A DNA stretch of 64,000 bases from an uncultured virus (IMG/VR IMGVR_UViG_3300037993_000206) (lineage: Duplodnaviria; Heunggongvirae; Uroviricota; Caudoviricetes): IMG/VR virus record IMGVR_UViG_3300037993_000206. One strand, written 5' to 3'. The notes below the pieces were generated by a model that searched no databases, was not told the DNA's origin, and saw nothing but the letters and a program-made list of their open reading frames with translations. A program made the translations under genes and the position numbers. Position 1 is the stretch's first letter. Each line of letters begins with the position of its first letter. Of this stretch, positions 62,693 through 64,000 are shown piece after piece.

Positions 62693-63084
62693 TTAGAAAC
62701 GAACCACGTAAACCAATTATCGGGCAAAGGAATGGCTTAAATATTCGCCAAATCCTGAGAGCAAAAACCAAACTTAAAGTGCAAAAACCAATCAACAAAA
62801 TCACGCAAAAACAAAGAGAACGGAATAAGAACTGGTCAGAAGTAACTAACAAAAGAATAGAACAAACTGGTAGTCGTTGTGAATGGTGCGGCAAACTCGG
62901 ACAACGAAACGGAACCTTAAATTTTCTGTCTGGTCATCATAAAGTCAAAAGACGATTTGGTAATGATTCAATCGAAAACTGCTACGTGGCACACATGATT
63001 AGCTGTCACCAATTTATAGAGGATAATTCAGTTGATGTTTCAATTTATAAAAATAGACTAGATTGGGAGAAACGAAATGCGTAA
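62689..63084 (+). CDS. HNH-family nuclease-like protein
   Basis: RCEWCG...GHH.VKR...N......CH. Confidence 0.7.
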   Translation: MIRNEPRKPIIGQRNGLNIRQILRAKTKLKVQKPINKITQKQRERNKNWSEVTNKRIEQTGSRCEWCGKLGQRNGTLNFLSGHHKVKRRFGNDSIENCYVAHMISCHQFIEDNSVDVSIYKNRLDWEKRNA

Positions 63085-63511
63085 ATATACTTGTCACGAT
63101 TGCGGTGCTAAAGAGGGAGAGTTACATCAAACAGGTTGTGATATGGAAAGATGCCCTTTTTGTGGCGGTCAATTAATTTCATGCGACTGTGTTTATAAAC
63201 TACTTAACATCGATAATTCCAAAGGGACATGGGCTTACGAACACGGTTTAACTAATGAACAATCCCAACAATGGGATAAGTTACTCAAAGCAAAGGGCTT
63301 AATACCTTACATAGTTGTACCTTTAAGATGTAAAATTTGCGGTGAAGAATGGCCTAACTTTTTTGGAGTAGAAGATGATATTTGGAAAAAGTATGTTATC
63401 CCTGAATTACAACATGAAATCCTTTGTAAACCTTGTTATAACCATCAAGTTAAACTATTTCCTAATGGTTGGCGAAATGCAAAATTGGTAAAAGAACCGG
63501 TAGGAGTTTAA
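63077..63511 (+). CDS. Multi-zinc-finger protein
   Basis: CHDC..H..GCDMERCPFCGGQLISCDC; CKIC...CKPC. Confidence 0.7.
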   Translation: MRKYTCHDCGAKEGELHQTGCDMERCPFCGGQLISCDCVYKLLNIDNSKGTWAYEHGLTNEQSQQWDKLLKAKGLIPYIVVPLRCKICGEEWPNFFGVEDDIWKKYVIPELQHEILCKPCYNHQVKLFPNGWRNAKLVKEPVGV

Positions 63512-64000
63512 TTGTATGTGCGACTACGAGACTTCTTATGCATTAGGAATAGGACTTATTATTATCGCAATATTTTGTGCAATATCTACGTTATTCTTTG
63601 CACTATTGCATGATAATCATTTCATTGTGACAATGGTCTTCATATTTATTACAGGTATACCAGGAACTTATTTAGTAAATAGAAAACCAGAGTAAATTTT
63701 ATGAATGATGCATATAGTAAACCTACAGACCATCTATCACAAATGAATCCGGTTGATATACAGCATTACGTACAGACTGACCTCGAAATCAGAATAGAAA
63801 ACGCATTAGGTAAAGGCAAAGAGAACGCCATTAAAATGCGTGAATTAAAACAAAAGTTAGGGTTAAAAACCGACCGGAAAATCCGTTTAGCAATCGCCAA
63901 TATGAGACTTCATAACATTGGTATCTTATCAGACACAACGCATGGTTATTGGTGCGATAGTTCCTACTCAGAATGTGAAGATTGGCTTAACTTCATGACC

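Noticed and set aside
1..64000. tRNA or rRNA genes, terminase, DNA polymerase, integrase
   Set aside because: No supporting motifs found by eye; a tRNAscan or HMM search would be needed to exclude them

Overview
A low-GC, gene-dense 64 kb stretch that reads as the genome of a non-tailed, probably enveloped or spindle-type virus of a bacterial host. Host evidence is sigma70-type promoters, AAGGAG/GAGGT Shine-Dalgarno sites, lipoproteins and dockerin-like domains suggestive of Chloroflexota/Dehalococcoidia. No terminase, portal or HK97 capsid gene is visible in this window. About 1-47.8 kb is mostly minus strand: a glycosylation and B12-radical-SAM cluster, a P-loop morphogenesis-like ATPase, many membrane or secreted virion-type proteins, and small basic proteins. 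From about 52.5 kb the plus strand carries short early-type genes separated by repeated hairpins. There are two main discoveries. (1) The apparently ORF-free 41.0-42.3 kb region is a 77-81 aa two-helix, major-capsid-like gene split into six micro-exons by five tandem ~200-nt group I introns. (2) Two transposase-free IS607-type TnpB cassettes each sit downstream of an intact gene, and the DNA where the omegaRNA guide should lie is a diverged copy of that gene's 3' end (49 codons for tnpB1; a 13-nt match to the intron-split capsid gene for tnpB2). This suggests RNA-guided homing or allele replacement against related viruses. An RNA ligase with a LAGLIDADG intein and a 19x24-nt coding repeat are also present. 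All alignments and folds were done by eye.
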